Of a stretch of DNA of 36,221 bases, positions 33,106 through 36,221 are shown piece by piece. Where the stretch lies: IMG/VR virus record IMGVR_UViG_3300045988_173666; one strand, written 5' to 3'. The stretch comes from a virus. Every line of letters starts with the position of its first letter. Positions within the stretch are counted from its first letter, which is position 1. Both the position numbers and the translations under genes were made by a program. A model generated the notes under the pieces. It worked only from the letters and a program-made list of their open reading frames with translations, was not told where the DNA came from and did no database searches.

Positions 33106-35538
33106 ATGGACGACTGCTACAGCGGCGGCGGCAGCCTGCTGGAGGACGACCTGCAGGGGCTGCTGGACGCCGTGGACCCCGCGGGGCTGGACTACCGCGG
33201 GTGGGTGGACGTCGGCATGGCGCTGGCGGCCGAGGGCGTGCCGTGGGAGGTCTGGGACGCGTGGAGCGCCCGCGACCCCGCCCGCTACCACGCCGGGGAG
33301 TGCGAGCGCAAGTACCGCACCTTCCGCGCCGGCGGCGACGGCCGCGTGAACGGCGGCACGCTCGTGCACATGGCCATGGAGGCCGGCTACGAGCCGCCCG
33401 CCACCGACGACGTGGCGCTGGACTGGGACGTGTGCGAGGCCGACCCGTGGGACGGCCCCGACCGGCCCGGCGCCCGCGACTGGCGCACGACCCGCCCGCA
33501 GGCGGCCCCGGCGGCAAAGCCCGCCAACGTCGTCGTGGACCCCACGTGGCTGGAGTCCGACGAGCTGCGCGAGCCCGCCGCCGACGAGTGGCACCCCGGC
33601 GAGCAGCTCACGCGCTACCTGTCGGCGCTGTTCGACCCCGAGGACGTGGTGGGCTACGTCACCGAGGCGTTCGAGCGCGACGGCCGGTGGACGCCGGCGG
33701 GCAAGGGCATCTACACCCGCACCGCCGGCGAGCTGATCGAGAGCGTGGCCAAGTACGGCGACGACCTCGCCAGCTCCATCGGCGCGCCGAACCCCGAGAG
33801 CGGCGCGTGGATCCGCTTCAACCCGCTGGACGGCGGCGGCGTGCGCAACGACAACGTGGCGGAGTTCCGCTACGCGCTCGTGGAGTCCGACGAGATGGCG
33901 CCGGGCCGCCAGATGGCCGTCATGCGCGCCCTGGAGCTGCCCATCGCCGCCGTGGTCCACAGCGGCAACAAGAGCGTGCACGCCATCGTGAGGGTGGATG
34001 CCCGCGACTACGACGAGTACCGGAAGCGCGTGGACTTCCTGTACCGCACGTGCGCGGACAACGGCCTGAAGCTGGACACCCAGAACAAGAACCCGTCGCG
34101 CCTGTCCCGCATGCCCGGCGCCATGCGCTCCGGCCGCAGGCAGTGGATGGTGGCGGGCTCCATGGGCAGGGCGAGCTGGAAGGAGTGGCGCGAGTGGCTG
34201 GAGGAGCAGAACGACGACCTGCCCGACCCCGAGACGCTGGCCGCCACGTGGGACGACCCGCCCGAGCTCGCGCCGCCGCTGATCGAGGGCGTGCTGCGCC
34301 AGGGGCACAAGATGCTTTTGGCCGGGCCGTCCAAGGCGGGCAAGTCCTTCGCCCTGATCGGCCTCACCGTGTCGCTGGCCGAGGGGCTGCCGTGGTTCGG
34401 GTGGAGGTGCGCCCAGGGCCGCGTCATGTACGTGAACCTGGAGCTGGACCGCGCCAGCTGCCTCCACCGCTTCCGCGACGTCTACGCCGCCATGGGCGCC
34501 GAGCCGCGCAACCTGGAGAACGTGTGCATCTGGAACCTGCGCGGCCGCTCCAAGCCCATGGACCAGCTGGCGCCGGCGCTCATACGCCGCGCGGCCAAGG
34601 AGCGCCCCATCGCCGTCATCATCGACCCCATCTACAAGGTGATCACCGGCGACGAGAACAGCGCCGACCAGATGGCGGCGTTCTGCAACCAGTTCGACCG
34701 CGTGGCCGACAGCCTGGGGTGCGCGGTCATCTACTGCCACCACCACTCCAAGGGCGCCCAGGGCGGCAAGCGCTCCATGGACCGCGCATCCGGCTCGGGC
34801 GTGTTCGCCCGCGACCCCGACGCGCTGCTCGACATGCTGGAGCTGCACGTCTCCGACAAGCTGCGCGCCCAGCTGGAGGCCCGGCGCGTCGGCGGCTGGT
34901 GCGAGGCGTGGATGGACGCCAACGCCGCCGCGCTCGGCGACTGGCGCGCCGCCGTGCCCGACGACGCCCGGGCCGCGGGCGGGGACGCGATGGTCTCGGC
35001 GTGCCGCTCGCGCGTCGAGGCCGCCCGGCCGGAGTGGGCCGGCGCGTTCCTGGACGGCGTGGTGGCCGCGCGCCGGTCGGCCCGCGCCATGACCGCGTGG
35101 CGCGTCGAGGGGACCCTGCGCGAGTTCCCGCGCTTCGAGCCGGTGAACCTGCTGTTCGACTACCCCATGCACCGCATCGACGCCACCGGCGCGCTCGCCG
35201 ACGCCAGCCCCGAGGGCGAGGAGCTGGGGCGCGCGGACTACCGCGCCCAGGGCCGCGAGCGCAAGGCGAAAAACGACGCCAGGAAGCAGGAGGAGAAGCT
35301 GGCCGCGCTGCGCGAGGGCATGGCCGCCTGCGCCGAGGACGGCGTGGACGCCACCGTGGCCAACGTGGTGGAGCGCATGCCCGAGGTCGGCGGCAGGCAG
35401 GTGACCAAGGCCACGGTTCAATCGTGGGTGAAAGCATCCGCGAACGACTGGTGCACGATCACCTGCGAGGGCGGCAAGGGCAAGCAGCCGGGCATCCTCC
35501 GCGACCCCGAGATGGAGGCGGCCATGACCGGCTGGTAG
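33106..35538 (+). CDS. Primase-helicase: PriCT-2-like N-terminus, AEP prim-pol core and AAA_25/RepA-like ATPase
   Basis: 810 aa. The motifs are ...YRGWVDVGMAL..., ...VHSGNKSVHAIVRV...NPSRLSRMPG... and Walker A LLAGPSKAGKSF. Confidence 0.8.
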   Translation: MDDCYSGGGSLLEDDLQGLLDAVDPAGLDYRGWVDVGMALAAEGVPWEVWDAWSARDPARYHAGECERKYRTFRAGGDGRVNGGTLVHMAMEAGYEPPATDDVALDWDVCEADPWDGPDRPGARDWRTTRPQAAPAAKPANVVVDPTWLESDELREPAADEWHPGEQLTRYLSALFDPEDVVGYVTEAFERDGRWTPAGKGIYTRTAGELIESVAKYGDDLASSIGAPNPESGAWIRFNPLDGGGVRNDNVAEFRYALVESDEMAPGRQMAVMRALELPIAAVVHSGNKSVHAIVRVDARDYDEYRKRVDFLYRTCADNGLKLDTQNKNPSRLSRMPGAMRSGRRQWMVAGSMGRASWKEWREWLEEQNDDLPDPETLAATWDDPPELAPPLIEGVLRQGHKMLLAGPSKAGKSFALIGLTVSLAEGLPWFGWRCAQGRVMYVNLELDRASCLHRFRDVYAAMGAEPRNLENVCIWNLRGRSKPMDQLAPALIRRAAKERPIAVIIDPIYKVITGDENSADQMAAFCNQFDRVADSLGCAVIYCHHHSKGAQGGKRSMDRASGSGVFARDPDALLDMLELHVSDKLRAQLEARRVGGWCEAWMDANAAALGDWRAAVPDDARAAGGDAMVSACRSRVEAARPEWAGAFLDGVVAARRSARAMTAWRVEGTLREFPRFEPVNLLFDYPMHRIDATGALADASPEGEELGRADYRAQGRERKAKNDARKQEEKLAALREGMAACAEDGVDATVANVVERMPEVGGRQVTKATVQSWVKASANDWCTITCEGGKGKQPGILRDPEMEAAMTGW

Positions 35539-35560
35539 GCCGTTGTGTGTATGTATGGAC

Positions 35561-35576
35561 TATCTCTAAAGAGATA
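35561..35576. repeat. Perfect palindrome TATCTCT-AA-AGAGATA in an AT-rich non-coding island
   Basis: Read directly. It is flanked by TGTGTG...CACACA imperfect outer arms (35544-35590). Confidence 0.85.
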
Positions 35577-35607
35577 AGTGTATCCACACAGGCAAAACCA
35601 GCTAGTT

Positions 35608-35680
35608 GGATGGTGGCGGGGCCGTGCGTGCGGGCTGAAGCCGCGCCCGCACTCGTGCGCGAGGCTACGCCCCGCCATCC
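35608..35680. other. GC-rich nested stem-loop element (about 73 nt), function unknown
   Basis: GGATGG(TG)GCGGGGC (35608-35622) pairs with GCCCCGCCATCC (35669-35680). The inner hairpin is GTGCGGGC (35628-35635) with GCCCGCAC (35645-35652). Confidence 0.4.
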
Positions 35681-35725
35681 ATGCAACCAGACGAAATAAG
35701 AACGAACGAACGAAGGAGAACGAAC

Positions 35726-36221
35726 ATGGGAATCATCTGCGAGGCCTGCGGGCGCGACATCGACGCCCTGGGGCAGGACAACATGGGAGTGGACGCGCCG
35801 CTGTGCGAGGACTGCTGGGGCGAGCAGCAGAACCACGCGGTGGCCGCGCTGAAGCGCGAGAACGCCAGCCTGCGCCGCAGGAACGAGTCGCTGGACAAGA
35901 GCCGCAAGGCGCTGGGGCTTCAGCTGGCGGAAGCCAACCGAAAGCTGCGCGAGGATGGCGCCCGTCCCGAGACGACGAAGTTCGCGGCGGGCGCGGTCAA
36001 GGACGCGCGCCTGAGCATCGAGACGGTCTACAAGGTGAGCCGCGAGCGAGCCCTGGCGCTCACGAAGCTGGACGAGTGCGAGATGTGGCTGGGGCGCTGC
36101 GAGCCCAAGGAGACGGCGGCGCCGACGCTCGAGGGCGCGGCCCAGGACGCCGCCATGCCGTGCCTAAAGGACGACGGGGCGCACAGCTTCGCGATGCCCG
36201 ACGTGAGCGTCGAGATAAACG
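35726..36221 (+). CDS. 5' portion of the junction-spanning gene: zinc-ribbon (CEAC...CEDC) plus coiled-coil protein, hypothetical
   Basis: Hand-translated. The ATG at 35726 follows GAAGGAGAA. The product begins MGIICEACGRDIDALGQDNMGVDAPLCEDCWGEQQNHAVAALKRENASLRRRNESLDKSRKAL... . It is open to the window end and continues in frame into 3..218. Confidence 0.6.
   Translation, partial: MGIICEACGRDIDALGQDNMGVDAPLCEDCWGEQQNHAVAALKRENASLRRRNESLDKSRKALGLQLAEANRKLREDGARPETTKFAAGAVKDARLSIETVYKVSRERALALTKLDECEMWLGRCEPKETAAPTLEGAAQDAAMPCLKDDGAHSFAMPDVSVEIN
36081..36221. repeat. Terminal direct repeat, copy 2 (identical to 1..141)
   Basis: Same 141-nt string as 1..141. This is the usual signature of an assembly overlap in a circular or circularly permuted molecule. 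Confidence 0.9.

Larger units (their letters stand above)
1..36221. mobile_element. Complete temperate siphovirus-like phage/prophage genome, circularly closed contig
   Basis: A contiguous packaging-head-tail-lysis-lysogeny-replication gene order fills the whole window. The ends overlap by 141 nt. A serine integrase and a repressor are present. Confidence 0.9.

Noticed and set aside
35608-35683. Possible tRNA (a 73-nt element with a 7-bp acceptor-like stem)
   Set aside because: There is no U8, no D-arm pairing and no T-arm or TPsiC-like loop (GTTCRANYC). The outer stem simply extends to about 13 bp. It does not fit a cloverleaf.

Overview
The window is a complete, closed genome of a high-GC temperate siphovirus-type phage or prophage. 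Bases 1-141 are repeated exactly at 36081-36221, so the unique length is about 36,080 bp. The host is probably a high-GC Gram-positive bacterium, but that is inference only.

Almost all genes are on the + strand, in this order:
- two small zinc-ribbon genes
- a terminase whose N-terminus looks like a small terminase subunit fused to the large subunit
- an SPP1-like portal
- a MuF/gp7-like minor head protein with an extra C-terminal domain
- scaffold, major capsid and head-tail joining genes
- a major tail protein with an Ig-like domain, tail chaperones and the tape measure
- an FN3-rich distal tail protein, a Tal-like protein and a BppU-like protein
- a complete diversity-generating retroelement (DGR)
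- XkdX-like, holin and amidase lysis genes
- a small lipoprotein-like moron

On the - strand, an XRE-type repressor and a large serine integrase form the lysogeny operon. A sigma70-like early promoter then drives an early, replication and recombination module: an acidic protein, a Cro-like HTH, a RuvC-like protein, a ParB-like protein, an SMC/RecF-like ATPase, a Sak4-like AAA_24 ATPase, a DUF669 SSB-like protein, an SF2 helicase and a PriCT/prim-pol/AAA_25 primase-helicase. This module runs across the contig junction.

The stand-out system is the DGR, in the order target, avd, TR, RT. The 125-nt template repeat (19394..19518) matches the 3' end of the tail-fibre-position gene (18775..18899) at 105 of 125 positions. 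Nineteen of the 20 differences fall at TR adenines, which are AAC codons.

Secondary oddities:
- a roughly 50-nt terminator-plus-box element present twice, in front of the two late structural operons
- a caspase-like His/Cys domain fused to the MuF protein, with a coupled small ORF
- an apparent TerS-TerL fusion
- an acidic-protein and HTH pair at the immediate-early position
- an AT-rich palindromic, structured non-coding region downstream of the primase gene

All protein family calls come from reading motifs by eye. No database search was run.
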